In this document: positions 8,867-19,260 of the stretch, piece after piece
Layout of the letters: each line of letters starts with the position of its first letter
Position numbering within the stretch: position 1 is the stretch's first letter
Source of the DNA: Demequinaceae bacterium
GTDB lineage: Bacteria > Actinomycetota > Actinomycetes > Actinomycetales > Demequinaceae
Length of the DNA: 32,000 nucleotides
NCBI GenBank assembly: GCA_965250005.1
Contig: OZ252279.1
Location: forward strand, 990,001-1,022,000
Direction: 5' to 3'
The notes under the pieces: model-generated
Told to the model about the DNA's origin: nothing
The model's input: the letters and a program-made list of their open reading frames with translations, nothing else
The model's database searches: none
Program-made: the position numbers and the translations under genes

Positions 8867-10627
8867 CTAGCCCGCGTACGCGATTCCAGCGAAAACTGCC
8901 GTGAGCACGGACTCGTCACCGCTCGCGCCCGCCCATGCGGAACTTGACCGCTTGAACAGCGCACCCGAGCGCGTAATGAGGATTAGCGACCGGTCGCCGT
9001 TTCCACCCGCTACCCCAATCGCATCGGGGACGGTGAGCGAGGTTTCGGTCCGGCCTCCAACTGTCACGATAAAGAGCCGCGGAGTGTCACCCTCGGCCAC
9101 GTCTTCAAGTACCGCAACCCTCAGCGGGTCCACCCAGGTGATCGCGGCGGCCGGCGCCAGGTTGGCGCCCGCGACCAGCGGGGAGCCGATCGACAGCGGG
9201 GCACCGTCTGTGTCGCGGATGACTGCCGCGATATCGAGCGCCTCCGCCCCTGATACGTGCGAAAGGACGGCGATCCGCGCCCCGTCGCGGGAGATTCTGA
9301 CCTGCCTCATGTCTCGTCCGACGAGCCACGGCACTGCAACCTCGACCACCTCGCCGGCAGGACTGATCGCCAGGAGTAGTCCCTCACTTGCTATCTCGCC
9401 GGTCCACAGCCATCCGTGCCGGTCAAAGCTCGGCGGCGCCAGCGCCTCCCCCTCCGCGAGGACCGTAGTCGACTCGTCACTCGGAGGGTCGTTTTCGGCA
9501 GGTACGTCGGCGACCAAGACGGTCGCGTTGGTGATGGCGTGCGACACGTGAAGTTCACCTCCAGCGAGGAAGGCCGCTCGAGCGCCGTCGTACGAAATCG
9601 CCGGCGCCATCGCACCCAACGGAAGAATGCCCAACGTGTCGCCGACAACGCGGATATCGCTTCCGTCCCAAGTCCCCAAGCGCCCGTTCACCAAGACCAC
9701 CGAAGTTGCGTCGGGCACCGGCGCAGGCTCAAAACGCAAACTCCCGTCTCCCTGAATGGGAAACTCACCGATCTCGACGTTCACGGATACGACGTCTGGC
9801 AATGGCGTGAGCGTGGCCTCGAATTGTGCGAAGGCAAGCGATTCCTCGCTCAACGTTCCGCCTGCGCCTTCGCGCAGACCAACCTGCGCGACGCCGTCCA
9901 CCACGGGCACCGACTCGATCGCCAGTTCAACCGTGGCCGGGATCCCTGTCCGAATTGCGTCGACGAGCCAGCCGGACGGCCCGGTGATGAGAGCCTGGGC
10001 CGCATGCGTCTCAATGCTGCGATCCGGCAACCAGCGCAACTCCGGCACTTCCACCTCGCCATCGAGAGATGCGAACGCAATGGGCACGCCTCTGAATAGC
10101 GCGCTGAAGTTGGCTTCGCTCAGCACGATCCCGTCTGGCATTTCGGAGATTCGCCACTCGTCAAGCGGGCCTCGCGCCAGCACGAACGCGATGGGCTCGC
10201 GGCTGCCGGTCTCGACCTCAACCATCCGACCTACGTCGTCTAGATAGGCTGCCACTGGAATCGTGTATTTGAACGTTGATGTGGCCGGGTCCCAGTCTGC
10301 GTCGACGTCGCCGGGCCCAAAAATGACGACCCGCGCCGACGGGTCCCAGGCGGCGGCGGCTCGCCTCGTGAGGAACTGCTTGGCGACGCCAACATTCCCG
10401 GCGACCCCCGCCGCCGAGGCAGAGATGAACCCCGCGACGAGCTCCTGAGGGCTCGCATCGGCCGCTGGGCCGAGCGGATTGATCGGGAAGGCTGGCTCGT
10501 TAGGGGCCGCGGCGCCTCCGCCTGTTTGGACCGTGCTTGCGGTTGGGATCGAAGCGCACGCGCTGAGCGCAGTAAGCCCCGCAACCGCGAGCACAACTGC
10601 CCGAGCCACGCCGCGCCGCCTATTCAT
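8867..10627 (-). CDS. lpqB: Lipoprotein LpqB, MtrAB-associated
   Basis: Lipobox TALSAC, 586 aa, immediately downstream of the MtrB-like kinase with an 8-bp overlap. Synteny mtrA-mtrB-lpqB-comF-hpf-secA. Confidence 0.93.
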   Translation of the reverse strand: MNRRRGVARAVVLAVAGLTALSACASIPTASTVQTGGGAAAPNEPAFPINPLGPAADASPQELVAGFISASAAGVAGNVGVAKQFLTRRAAAAWDPSARVVIFGPGDVDADWDPATSTFKYTIPVAAYLDDVGRMVEVETGSREPIAFVLARGPLDEWRISEMPDGIVLSEANFSALFRGVPIAFASLDGEVEVPELRWLPDRSIETHAAQALITGPSGWLVDAIRTGIPATVELAIESVPVVDGVAQVGLREGAGGTLSEESLAFAQFEATLTPLPDVVSVNVEIGEFPIQGDGSLRFEPAPVPDATSVVLVNGRLGTWDGSDIRVVGDTLGILPLGAMAPAISYDGARAAFLAGGELHVSHAITNATVLVADVPAENDPPSDESTTVLAEGEALAPPSFDRHGWLWTGEIASEGLLLAISPAGEVVEVAVPWLVGRDMRQVRISRDGARIAVLSHVSGAEALDIAAVIRDTDGAPLSIGSPLVAGANLAPAAAITWVDPLRVAVLEDVAEGDTPRLFIVTVGGRTETSLTVPDAIGVAGGNGDRSLILITRSGALFKRSSSAWAGASGDESVLTAVFAGIAYAG

Positions 10628-12302
10628 GGCCGGCCGATTCGATGTGCATGACGTTTACAGGCTCGCCTTCCTTGGGGAACTGCTCCTTGCGCAGCACGAG
10701 CGGAACCACTGGCCGTTGTCCGAGCCCCTCCGAGGTGCGCGGAAGGGTCAGCCTGAAGGACGCCCCATTGCGGGGCGAGCCCCACGCCTCAAGTCGCCCG
10801 CCGTGCAACTGCGCATCTTCGCGCGCGATCGACAGTCCTAGTCCTGTACCGCCCATAGATCGCGTTCGTGCGGCATCAGCGCGCCAGAACCGGTCGAAGA
10901 CCCGCTCGACTTGTTGGGGGGTCATTCCCTGGCCGTAATCGCGCACCACGACGGCGACACCTCGACGATTGGAACCCACCAGGATGTCGACGGGCTTACC
11001 ATCCGCGTATTCGATAGCGTTCGACACCAAGTTGCGTACGATGCGGCTGACCCGGGGACGGTCCATGGACGCAATGTGCGGTCCGTCTGAGGCCCACACC
11101 CGCAACGGAACGCCGAGCTCCTCGGCGACCGGCGCCAGCCCCGAGGTCTCGTCTCGGACAGCCGCGAGCAGGTCAGTGTCTTCGAACTCGAGTTGCGCGG
11201 CGCCCGCGTCGATGCGGCTGATCTCGAGCAGATCCGCGAGCAGCGCCTCGAACCGGTCGAGCTGGGCGTTGAGCAGTTCGGCGGACCGGGCGGCCTCGGG
11301 ACTGAAGTCCGCGCGGGCCTCGTGTAGCACGTCCGAGGCCATCCGGACGGTAGTGAGCGGCGTGCGAAGCTCATGCGACACGTCGGACACGAACCGGCGC
11401 TGCAGCCGTGACAAGTCCTCCATGCGCGTGATCTGCCGCTGAAGGCTCTCCGCCATTTCGTTGAAAGTGGTGGCCAGCGTCGCCATCTCGTCTCGGCCGC
11501 GCACCACCATCCGCTCTCCGAGCAATCCCTCGGCGAGGCGGGCGGCGACCCTGGCCGCGTGACGGACCGGACGTACGGCCTGCAGCGTGACCGTCCAAGT
11601 CATAAAGACGACCAGGCCGACAAGAACGAAGCCCCCCAGCGTCAAGACGTTCTGAATCAAGCTAAGCGTCGACTTCTCGTCGACGAGGCTGTAGACAAAA
11701 TAGAGTTCGTATTTTCCTGCCTCGGGTATGAACAGCGGCGCCCCGACCACCACGCCCGGGGTGGCATCGGTGCCGAGTCCCACGTGCTGCCAGGACTGAG
11801 CGTGATCCTCCTGGACTGCGGCGCGAATCTGAGAGGTGAGCGCGGCCGCAAGTCCCGCACTGGACTCGGCATCCGTGATGGGGACACCCGACGTATTCTG
11901 CGGGTTCTTGAGAACTAGCACGCCCCGGTTGTCACCTCCGACGTTTCGCAAATAGATAATCAGGTCGTTGATCAGCACCTGCTGATCGGCGGGTGTGAGG
12001 TTGGGCGCGCTATCCATTCGCTCCTGAGCGGTCACAGCGTCCTGAGCGCTCTCGCCCAAGAGTCGCTCAAGGCTGGTCTCGACCAGTCCGTCTCGGATTT
12101 GCGACGTGACGTATGCGCCCAGCATCGCGACGGAGCCCAAGCCGACGATAATCGTGGACGCCACGACTCGCAGCAACATGGACCGACGCCAGCGCCCGAC
12201 CGCGGTACGCAAGGGGTACAGCAGGGCCGCGAGGATCATGCGGGGGGTGAGCCTCACCGCACTCATCGGCTCACGGCTACGCGCCGCCGGCTTTGTATCC
12301 AA
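10620..12302 (-). CDS. mtrB: Sensor histidine kinase MtrB
   Basis: Two TM segments, HAMP, HisKA motif RRFVSDVSHELRTPLTTVRMASDVL, ATPase N/G boxes. Start ambiguous: TTG at 12302 overlaps mtrA, ATG at 12266 is the alternative. Confidence 0.95.
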   Translation of the reverse strand: MDTKPAARSREPMSAVRLTPRMILAALLYPLRTAVGRWRRSMLLRVVASTIIVGLGSVAMLGAYVTSQIRDGLVETSLERLLGESAQDAVTAQERMDSAPNLTPADQQVLINDLIIYLRNVGGDNRGVLVLKNPQNTSGVPITDAESSAGLAAALTSQIRAAVQEDHAQSWQHVGLGTDATPGVVVGAPLFIPEAGKYELYFVYSLVDEKSTLSLIQNVLTLGGFVLVGLVVFMTWTVTLQAVRPVRHAARVAARLAEGLLGERMVVRGRDEMATLATTFNEMAESLQRQITRMEDLSRLQRRFVSDVSHELRTPLTTVRMASDVLHEARADFSPEAARSAELLNAQLDRFEALLADLLEISRIDAGAAQLEFEDTDLLAAVRDETSGLAPVAEELGVPLRVWASDGPHIASMDRPRVSRIVRNLVSNAIEYADGKPVDILVGSNRRGVAVVVRDYGQGMTPQQVERVFDRFWRADAARTRSMGGTGLGLSIAREDAQLHGGRLEAWGSPRNGASFRLTLPRTSEGLGQRPVVPLVLRKEQFPKEGEPVNVMHIESAGHE

Positions 12303-12954
12303 CGCCGCGAACGGTCACGACAATCTCTGGGTTTTCGGGGTCCCGCTCCACCTTGCTGCGCAGGCGCTGAATGTGGACGTTGACCAGCCGCGTGTCGGCT
12401 GCGTGACGGTATCCCCATACATCCTCGAGCAGCACCTCGCGTGTAAACACCTGCCCGGGAGCACGGGCAAGGGTAACCAGGACGTCGAACTCAAGTGGCG
12501 TGAGCGGAATGATCTCGCCATTGCGCAGCACGCGGTGGCCGGTGACGTCGATTTCGATGTCTGCGACGCGCACCGTTGCCGGTGTGGCGTCGCGACTTCG
12601 GCGGAGGCGAGCGCGGACGCGCGCGATGAGTTCGCGGGGCTTAAAAGGCTTGGGGACGTAGTCATCGGCGCCGGACTCCAGGCCAAGGACCACGTCCACC
12701 GTGTCGCTTTTCGCCGTGAGCATGATGATGGGCACGCCGCTCTCCTGGCGAATTTCGCGACAAATGTCGATGCCGCTCTTTCCCGGCAGCATGAGGTCGA
12801 GGAGGATCACATCTGGCTGCTCGGACCGGAACAGATCAACGGCGTCGTCACCGTTCGAGCAGAAGATAGGCTCGAAGCCGTCGGACCGCAATACGATGCC
12901 TATCATCTCGGCAAGCGCAATATCGTCGTCTACTACCAGTACGCGTCCACTCAT
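12277..12954 (-). CDS. mtrA: Response regulator MtrA
   Basis: MSGRVLVVDDDIALAEMIGIVLRSDGFEP...DVILLDLMLPGKSGIDICREIRQES... with winged-HTH output ending YKAGGA. The ORF-track extension to 13308 is rejected. Confidence 0.95.
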   Translation of the reverse strand: MSGRVLVVDDDIALAEMIGIVLRSDGFEPIFCSNGDDAVDLFRSEQPDVILLDLMLPGKSGIDICREIRQESGVPIIMLTAKSDTVDVVLGLESGADDYVPKPFKPRELIARVRARLRRSRDATPATVRVADIEIDVTGHRVLRNGEIIPLTPLEFDVLVTLARAPGQVFTREVLLEDVWGYRHAADTRLVNVHIQRLRSKVERDPENPEIVVTVRGVGYKAGGA

Positions 12955-12961
12955 GCGCCCC

Positions 12962-12967
12962 ATTATG
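12962..12967 (-). promoter_or_regulatory. Candidate -10 (CATAAT) placing the TSS at or next to the mtrA ATG
   Basis: CATAAT followed by 7 nt and then the mtrA ATG; no clear -35. Confidence 0.3.
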
Positions 12968-13015
12968 ACGGGTCCTTCCGTGGCAGGATGGGAAAACGCG
13001 TCGAGGAGGAATTGA

Positions 13016-14086
13016 ATGACTACAAATGACACGAATGACAATTCGTGGGCTGCGCCGTCTGGTGTACCCGGCGGCGACAATCCTTGGGGTGCCAATGGCG
13101 CGCCGGGCACGCCCGCGCCCCCGCTAGCAAAGCCGCAGCCCACGGCCGCGGCGGCAGGCTCGAATCCGTGGAAGCCAGGAATCATTATGCTGCGACCACT
13201 ATCGTTCGGAGAGACTCTCGAAGGCGCGTTCAAAGCGCTGCGGCATAACCCGAAGGCAATCATCCTGGTGCCTGCGGGAGTGTTCCTGGTTTCGCAGATT
13301 ATTGTCACGGCGCTCGCGTGGGGCTTCTATTCGCACCCACTGTTCACCGATCCCTACTACGCGCCAAACGGCTTTGAGGAGTTCTTCGAGCCTAGTCTCT
13401 GGACTGGTCTGGTCCTCGCGGCGCTCCTCAATTGGGTCGTGACTCTCCTGGTCCAAGCCGGCGTGACAATTTCTGCGTCTCGCTCGGCGCTCGGCCAGAG
13501 AATCTCGGTGGCCGATGTAGTACGCATGGCCATGAGACGGCTGCCCAGCGTCGTGATGTTGTCGTTCCTCACCGCACTCGCCTGGACCGTCGCCATCTTC
13601 CTGTATGTGCTCGCAATCATCGGGCCCGGAGGCGGCGACAGTGCGCTCGGGGTCGGCGTTCTGGGCATCCTCGGACTTGGGGTCTTGGGAGTTTGGATTG
13701 GCGTGAAGCTAACCATCGCGCTTCCCGCAATCGTGCTCGAGCAGGTCTCAGCGTTCAAGGGGATAGCCCGGTCGTGGAGGCTCACCAAGGGCCGCTTCTG
13801 GCCCATCTTTGGGTTGCTTATTGTCTCTGGTCTAATCGTATGGTTCGTGTCCGTGGCAATCTCGATCCCCCTTTCGCTGTTCAGTTCTTTCTCAAGCCTC
13901 TCCGACCCAGCCAGCGCGGCAATGTGGGCCAACGTCAGTCAGGGACTTTCCACCTACCTGACGTCGCTGATCTCGGTGCCCTTCCTCGGAGCGCTCTACG
14001 TGATCATCTACACGGATCAGCGCATGCGCCAGGAGGGCTTCGACCTGGATCTTCAGCAAACAGTCCAGGAGCGCCAGGGCCTGTAA
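13016..14086 (+). CDS. Multi-pass membrane protein, glycerophosphoryl-diester-phosphodiesterase-membrane-domain type
   Basis: Pro/Gly-rich N-terminus then MLRPLSFGETLEGAFKALRHNPKAIILVPAGVFLVSQIIV and several TM helices. GAGGAGG SD upstream of ATG 13016. Confidence 0.75.
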   Translation: MTTNDTNDNSWAAPSGVPGGDNPWGANGAPGTPAPPLAKPQPTAAAAGSNPWKPGIIMLRPLSFGETLEGAFKALRHNPKAIILVPAGVFLVSQIIVTALAWGFYSHPLFTDPYYAPNGFEEFFEPSLWTGLVLAALLNWVVTLLVQAGVTISASRSALGQRISVADVVRMAMRRLPSVVMLSFLTALAWTVAIFLYVLAIIGPGGGDSALGVGVLGILGLGVLGVWIGVKLTIALPAIVLEQVSAFKGIARSWRLTKGRFWPIFGLLIVSGLIVWFVSVAISIPLSLFSSFSSLSDPASAAMWANVSQGLSTYLTSLISVPFLGALYVIIYTDQRMRQEGFDLDLQQTVQERQGL

Positions 14087-14087
14087 G

Positions 14088-14717
14088 GTGCGTACCGATC
14101 AGCCACCCGTCACTCCCGACGCCGAGACCGCCCAAGAGTGGGCTCTGCGTGAGCTTGAGGACCCCATCTACGACCCGACGTCCACCCAGGGCGACCGCTT
14201 CGTGCAATGGATCCAGGACGCGCTGGAACGGCTCTTTAGCATCCCGACCGGTTCCTTGCCGATTCCGCTGATCGTGGGCGGAGTGCTGCTACTGGTCGCC
14301 GTGAGCGCGCTCGCGTGGTTTATCGTGGGCCCCGCCCGCCGTGCCCGCATCCGCGGAGAAAAAGTCGCGGTGGTCGACGACGACCCACGGACGGCCGCAG
14401 AAATGCGCGATGCTGCGGAAGCTGCCGCACGAGGCGGCGAGTGGAATCTTGCCGTGCTTGAGCGCTACCGCGGCATTGTGCGCGGCTTCGAGGAGCGTCG
14501 CGTCATCGACGACCGGCCTGGAAGGACCGCGTACGAGGCGGCGCGCGATGCGGGCAAAGCGCTGCCATCTCACTCGAAACCCTTGCGCAATGCGAGTCAC
14601 GCGTTCGACGCCGTCTGCTACGGCCACCGTGACAGCTCGGAGGCCGAGTACCTGCGCATCTCGGACGTGGACCAAGCGACCAAGAATGCGCGCACCAGTG
14701 TCGCGGCGTACTCGTGA
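14088..14717 (+). CDS. DUF4129 domain-containing protein
   Basis: AQEWALRELEDPIYDP...single TM...YRGIVRGFEERRVIDDRPGRTAYEAARDAGKALPSH pattern; position directly before the DUF4350 and MoxR genes. Confidence 0.8.
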   Translation: MRTDQPPVTPDAETAQEWALRELEDPIYDPTSTQGDRFVQWIQDALERLFSIPTGSLPIPLIVGGVLLLVAVSALAWFIVGPARRARIRGEKVAVVDDDPRTAAEMRDAAEAAARGGEWNLAVLERYRGIVRGFEERRVIDDRPGRTAYEAARDAGKALPSHSKPLRNASHAFDAVCYGHRDSSEAEYLRISDVDQATKNARTSVAAYS

Positions 14718-15934
14718 GCCACACCGTAATCGCGCCCGCGGGGTTCGTCCTGGGCGACGGCACAACCGCAGCGAGCGTTGCCCGTGAGCGGTGGGTGCGA
14801 TTTCGGTGGCTAGGCGGCGCAGTTCTCCTCGCGGCGCTAACTGTGGTCATCGCGATACTGGTCCCGCCCCGCAGCGACGTCGAACCTAATTCCATCCACA
14901 ACCCGCAGCCGGACGGAGCGCGGGCTCTCGCTCAAGTACTTCAGGACCACGGCGTCACCGTCGTGCAGACGCGCACTCTCGAAGAAACCGCGATCGCACT
15001 CGGCGCCGGCGACACGCTCGTGATCGCGGCTGAGCGCTACTACCTCGATGCCGAACAGTCTGCGTCCATTGCGCGCCACCCTGGCACCATCATGTGGCTA
15101 GGACCCGACTCCGAGCACCTGTACCAGGTGGACAGTGCCTTGACGAGGGGCGCGGGCGGAGGCAACACCTCGCGCCGGCCGCAGTGCCAGGCGCCAGCGG
15201 CGGTCCAGGCTACAACCACCAGCAGCGCGCGGCTAAGGGACATCGAACTGCTCGAACCGCGGTCGGACGTCACGGTGTGCTTCCCTGGCGGCACCATCGA
15301 CTCGGGCGCGTACGTCGTGGTCGAGCGCGGAGAGCATGACATCCACCTGATCTCCGATGCCTCAATCGTCACTAACGCCCGCATCGCGGAACTCGGCAAT
15401 GCCGCTCTCGCGATCAACGCCGCCGGCCAGTCGCCTCGCGTGGTCTGGTACATCGGCTCGTTGCTGGACGACTCAATCCTGTCCAAGCCCGACGATCGTC
15501 GCGCGTCCGACTACATTGCTCCGGTCGCGCCAGAGTGGGTCAGCGCAGCGGGCGTCATGATGCTCCTTGTCGCGGTGATCGCCGTCCTGTGGCGCGGTCG
15601 CCGAATGGGCAAGCTCGTGTCCGAGCCGCTGCCGGTGATCGTCCGGGCGAGCGAGGCGACGAAGGGGCGTGCGCGCCTGTACCGGCGTGCGCAGTCCCGA
15701 GGCCACGCCTCGAGCGCGATGCGGGCGGGAGCGGCGAGCCGTATGGCGCGCCGGCTCGGCATGACGTCGACGGCGAGCCCCCAGGCGCTCGTCACAGCCA
15801 TTGCGGGCGCGACGGGCCGCGGCTCGGCGGATATCGAGGCAGTCCTCTACGGTCCGCCACCCGTCGACAACGCATCAATGATTCACTTGGTCGAGAAACT
15901 CGACACTATAGAGAAAGAGGTCAGCAGATCGTGA
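14714..15934 (+). CDS. DUF4350 domain-containing membrane protein
   Basis: N-terminal TM, NPQPDGARALAQVLQDHGVTVVQTRTLEE, C-terminal TM. GTGA overlap with the upstream stop. Confidence 0.8.
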   Translation: MSHTVIAPAGFVLGDGTTAASVARERWVRFRWLGGAVLLAALTVVIAILVPPRSDVEPNSIHNPQPDGARALAQVLQDHGVTVVQTRTLEETAIALGAGDTLVIAAERYYLDAEQSASIARHPGTIMWLGPDSEHLYQVDSALTRGAGGGNTSRRPQCQAPAAVQATTTSSARLRDIELLEPRSDVTVCFPGGTIDSGAYVVVERGEHDIHLISDASIVTNARIAELGNAALAINAAGQSPRVVWYIGSLLDDSILSKPDDRRASDYIAPVAPEWVSAAGVMMLLVAVIAVLWRGRRMGKLVSEPLPVIVRASEATKGRARLYRRAQSRGHASSAMRAGAASRMARRLGMTSTASPQALVTAIAGATGRGSADIEAVLYGPPPVDNASMIHLVEKLDTIEKEVSRS

Positions 15935-16905
15935 CGGAGAATCCTCAGGCACAACCCTCACCGCTTCTCGCTACGCTCGCGAACATCCGTACCGAAGTAG
16001 GCAAGGCCGTCGTCGGCCAGGACGCCGCGGTGACCGGACTCATAATCGCGCTCCTGTGCCGCGGGCACGTGCTGCTCGAAGGCGTTCCCGGCGTCGCCAA
16101 GACGCTCCTGGTCCGCGCGCTCGCCGCGTCGCTCGCACTCGACACCAAGCGGGTTCAGTTCACTCCGGACCTCATGCCTGGCGACGTGACAGGCTCACTC
16201 GTCTACGACGCTCAAACGTCCAAGTTCTCGTTCCGCGAGGGCCCTGTGTTCACCAACCTCTTGCTCGCCGACGAGATCAACCGCACGCCTCCCAAGACGC
16301 AGTCCGCTCTGCTCGAGGCCATGGAGGAGCGCCAAGTGACGGTGGACGGTAAGCCGATGAAGCTACCGGAACCGTTCCTCGTGATCGCTACCCAGAACCC
16401 CGTCGAGTACGAGGGCACGTACCAACTGCCCGAGGCGCAACTCGATCGCTTCCTGATGAAGCTCGAACTGCCCATCCCCGATCGCGCCGTCGAGACTGAG
16501 GTTCTTGCGCGTCACGCCGCAGGCTTCAACCCGCGCGACCTTAAGGCCGCCGGGCTCAAGACCGTGGCCAAGCCGAAGGATCTCGCCGCCGCACGTGCCG
16601 AAGTCGCGAAGGTCGAGGTATCCCCGGAGGTCCAAGGCTACATCGTCGACGTATGCCGCGCGACGCGGTCGTCGCCGTCGACATCACTGGGCGTGTCCCC
16701 GCGCGGTGCTACTGCGCTCCAGCAGACTGCCCGGGCGTGGGCCTGGATGTCAGGGCGTGCTTTCGTCACTCCAGATGACGTCAAGGCGCTCGCGATGCCG
16801 ACGCTGCGCCACCGGATGCAATTGCGTGCGGAGGCCGAGCTCGAGGGTGTTACTACGGCGAGCGTCCTGGAGAACGTGCTCGCCACGGTTCCCGTCCCGC
16901 GCTAA
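15931..16905 (+). CDS. MoxR family AAA+ ATPase
   Basis: GTG at 15931 (GTGA overlap). [32 protein letters not shown] Walker [46 protein letters not shown]. The ORF-track extension to 15535 is rejected. Confidence 0.95.
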   Translation: MTENPQAQPSPLLATLANIRTEVGKAVVGQDAAVTGLIIALLCRGHVLLEGVPGVAKTLLVRALAASLALDTKRVQFTPDLMPGDVTGSLVYDAQTSKFSFREGPVFTNLLLADEINRTPPKTQSALLEAMEERQVTVDGKPMKLPEPFLVIATQNPVEYEGTYQLPEAQLDRFLMKLELPIPDRAVETEVLARHAAGFNPRDLKAAGLKTVAKPKDLAAARAEVAKVEVSPEVQGYIVDVCRATRSSPSTSLGVSPRGATALQQTARAWAWMSGRAFVTPDDVKALAMPTLRHRMQLRAEAELEGVTTASVLENVLATVPVPR

Positions 16906-16909
16906 CGCG

Positions 16910-18202
16910 ATGTACATCACTGGCCGCGCGTTCGGATTCGCCCTGGCGGGGCTGATTCCTACGATCGCGCTCGAGTCTGGCGCCGTGGCGTGGGCGTGGG
17001 CCGGTCTGACCCTTTTCCTGTGCTTACTCGACGCGGGGCTGTCGCCTTCGCCGCGCGGTATCGGCGTGCGGCGCGACGCGCCGGCGTCCGTCCGGCTGTC
17101 GGAGAGCACTTCATCTCAGATCACCATCCTTAACCTCGCTCGTCGTCCGGTGCGCGGGACTATCCGAGACGCGTGGCCCCCGTCCGCAGGAGCTACTCAG
17201 AATCGATTCGATTTTACGCTAGGCATAGACGAGAGTGACCACTTCAACACCGAATTGGTCCCCACGCGCCGCGGCGACCGCGTGGCGGGCGACGTCACGC
17301 TGCGGCTGCTCGGTCCCATGGGCCTCGCCGGAAGGCAGCTCTCCGTTGACGTTCCTGCGCACACGCGCGTGCTTCCGGAGTTCGCGTCGCGCAAGCACCT
17401 GCCATCGCGCTTGGCTCGTCTGCGCGAGCTCGACGGCAAGTCCGCCGTTCAAATCCGTGGCGCAGGCAGCGAGTTCGACTCACTACGCGAGTACGTCATG
17501 GGCGACGACGTCCGCTCCATCGACTGGCGCGCCACGGCGAGGCGCAACGACGTGGTGGTGCGCACCTGGCGCCCCGAGCGCGACCGACACGTGTTCATTA
17601 TGCTCGACACCTCGCGCACAGCGGCTGCGCGCATCGGCAACACGCCCCGACTCGACGCGTCGATCGAAGCGGCCCTGCTGCTGTCGGCACTCGCGTCCCA
17701 TGCGGGCGACCGCGTGCAAATCGTGGCGTTTGACCGGGAAGCGCGAACCCGCGTCTCGGGCTTGACTGGCTCGGCGCTGATGCCGGCCGTCGCCGACCGC
17801 CTTGCGCCCATCGACCCACTCCTTGTCGAGATGGATTGGATCGCCGCCTTTCAGGAGATCCGGGGCGCTATCAACCAGCGGGCGCTTGTCGTGCTGCTAA
17901 CGGCGCTAGACCCGGCTGCGGCCGAGTCAGGGCTACTGCGAGCAGTGGCGCCCCTGACGCGCAAGCACCAGGTGCTCGTCGCTTCGGTATCAGACCCCGA
18001 ACACGCGCGGTTGCTGGCCGGGCGCCGCGACATCCTTGAGATCTACGGCGCGGCGGCAGCGACCCGCGCGGAACTTGAGCGCCAGGCCATGGCGGTGCGG
18101 CTTCGCAACCAGGGTGCCGAGGTAGTCAACGCGGGGCCCGACGAACTTGCCCCGGCCGTCGCCGACGCCTACATCGCGCTCAAGGCCGCTGGGAAACTCT
18201 AG
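16910..18202 (+). CDS. DUF58 domain-containing protein
   Basis: Two N-terminal TM, then GAGSEFDSLREYVMGDDVRSIDWRATARRNDVVVRTWRPERDRHVFIMLDTSRT, the DUF58 signature. ATG at 16910. Confidence 0.93.
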   Translation: MYITGRAFGFALAGLIPTIALESGAVAWAWAGLTLFLCLLDAGLSPSPRGIGVRRDAPASVRLSESTSSQITILNLARRPVRGTIRDAWPPSAGATQNRFDFTLGIDESDHFNTELVPTRRGDRVAGDVTLRLLGPMGLAGRQLSVDVPAHTRVLPEFASRKHLPSRLARLRELDGKSAVQIRGAGSEFDSLREYVMGDDVRSIDWRATARRNDVVVRTWRPERDRHVFIMLDTSRTAAARIGNTPRLDASIEAALLLSALASHAGDRVQIVAFDREARTRVSGLTGSALMPAVADRLAPIDPLLVEMDWIAAFQEIRGAINQRALVVLLTALDPAAAESGLLRAVAPLTRKHQVLVASVSDPEHARLLAGRRDILEIYGAAAATRAELERQAMAVRLRNQGAEVVNAGPDELAPAVADAYIALKAAGKL

Positions 18203-18224
18203 CAGCCGTGCGCTCGCGGGCCGG

Positions 18225-19223
18225 TTACGCTGCGACCGGCGCGTAGTCCTCGCGATTGTCACGCGACACGTCGCCCGTGTAGCCCGCCATGGTTGCGCGC
18301 TTGCCGAACCAAAAAACATAGAACCAAAAACCCGCGAGGGCGAGCACTCCGATGGCATCCTTCACCACCCACGGAAGCACTGCACTACCAGTCACAAAGC
18401 CCTCGATGAGGCCCGCCACCATGAGGATGTACACCAGCCCGAGCATCGCAGCGCCGACAACGCGCCCCTCCTCCGCCATCGCCCGCAGACGCGGGCGACC
18501 CCCAGGAACGAACAGCGCCCAAAAGAGCCTTAGCCCAGCGGCCCCGGCAACCCAGATGGCGGTCAGCTCGAGCAGGCCGTGAGGAATGATCAATTGGAAG
18601 AAGACGTCAAGGGAATCGAATTCGTACATCACCGCCGCTATGCCACCTACGTTCACCGCGTTCTGAAACTGAATGTATACCGTGAAGAACCCAGTGAACC
18701 CACCCGCAACCGAAAGCGCGGCCACCCATGTGTTGTTAGTCCATACGCTCGCGAAGAACGAACTGCTCGGGTACTCCTCGTAGTAGTACGCGAACTGTTC
18801 GTTGGCGAGTTCCTCACGCGCTTCATAGTTTCCCAACAGTTCCAGCAACTCGGGGTTCGCGCTGAAATGCCACGCGACGGCACCCCCGACTAGCAGGAAC
18901 CCTGCCATGACGCCAATAGTGAGCCAGCGGAGCCGATAGAGCGCAGCGGGCACCCGGTACAGCATGAAGTCGAGCGTGTCGCGCCACACAGGCTCGCGCG
19001 CTCCCGCGAGCGCCGCACGCGCATTCGCTAACAGCGTCGACAGCCGGGAAATCATGACCGGATCGGGGGCGGTGGAGCGCACGGCTGACAGGTCCGTGGC
19101 GGTGAGCTGGTAGAGCCGCGCAAGTTCGTCGGCCTCTTCGCCTCGCAACCGTCGCTGCGATGCTAGACGTTGGAGCCTGTCCCACCGAGGCTCCCGAACG
19201 GCCGCATATGAGTCGAGGTCCAT
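18225..19223 (-). CDS. Stage II sporulation protein M-like (SpoIIM/DUF95) membrane protein
   Basis: MDLDSYAAVREPRWDRLQRLASQRRLRGEEADELARLYQLTATDLS...IIPHGLLELTAIWVAGAAGLRLFWALFVPG. Confidence 0.9.
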   Translation of the reverse strand: MDLDSYAAVREPRWDRLQRLASQRRLRGEEADELARLYQLTATDLSAVRSTAPDPVMISRLSTLLANARAALAGAREPVWRDTLDFMLYRVPAALYRLRWLTIGVMAGFLLVGGAVAWHFSANPELLELLGNYEAREELANEQFAYYYEEYPSSSFFASVWTNNTWVAALSVAGGFTGFFTVYIQFQNAVNVGGIAAVMYEFDSLDVFFQLIIPHGLLELTAIWVAGAAGLRLFWALFVPGGRPRLRAMAEEGRVVGAAMLGLVYILMVAGLIEGFVTGSAVLPWVVKDAIGVLALAGFWFYVFWFGKRATMAGYTGDVSRDNREDYAPVAA

Positions 19224-19260
19224 ACGGGATACGATGCCACAAACAACGAGAGGGGGCTGC

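Noticed and set aside
12955-13308. N-terminal extension of mtrA
   Set aside because: Upstream of the canonical response-regulator N-terminus MSGRVLVVDDD and overlapping the divergent gene at 13016.
13432-14271. 279-aa plus-strand ORF overlapping the 13016 membrane gene and DUF4129 gene
   Set aside because: Out-of-frame overlap of two better supported genes; Arg/Pro/His-rich translation.
15535-15930. N-terminal extension of the MoxR ORF
   Set aside because: Overlaps DUF4350; GTG at 15931 in a GTGA overlap is a better start.
16505-16909. N-terminal extension of the DUF58 ORF
   Set aside because: Overlaps the conserved C-terminus of MoxR in another frame. The true start at 16910 immediately precedes a normal TM segment.
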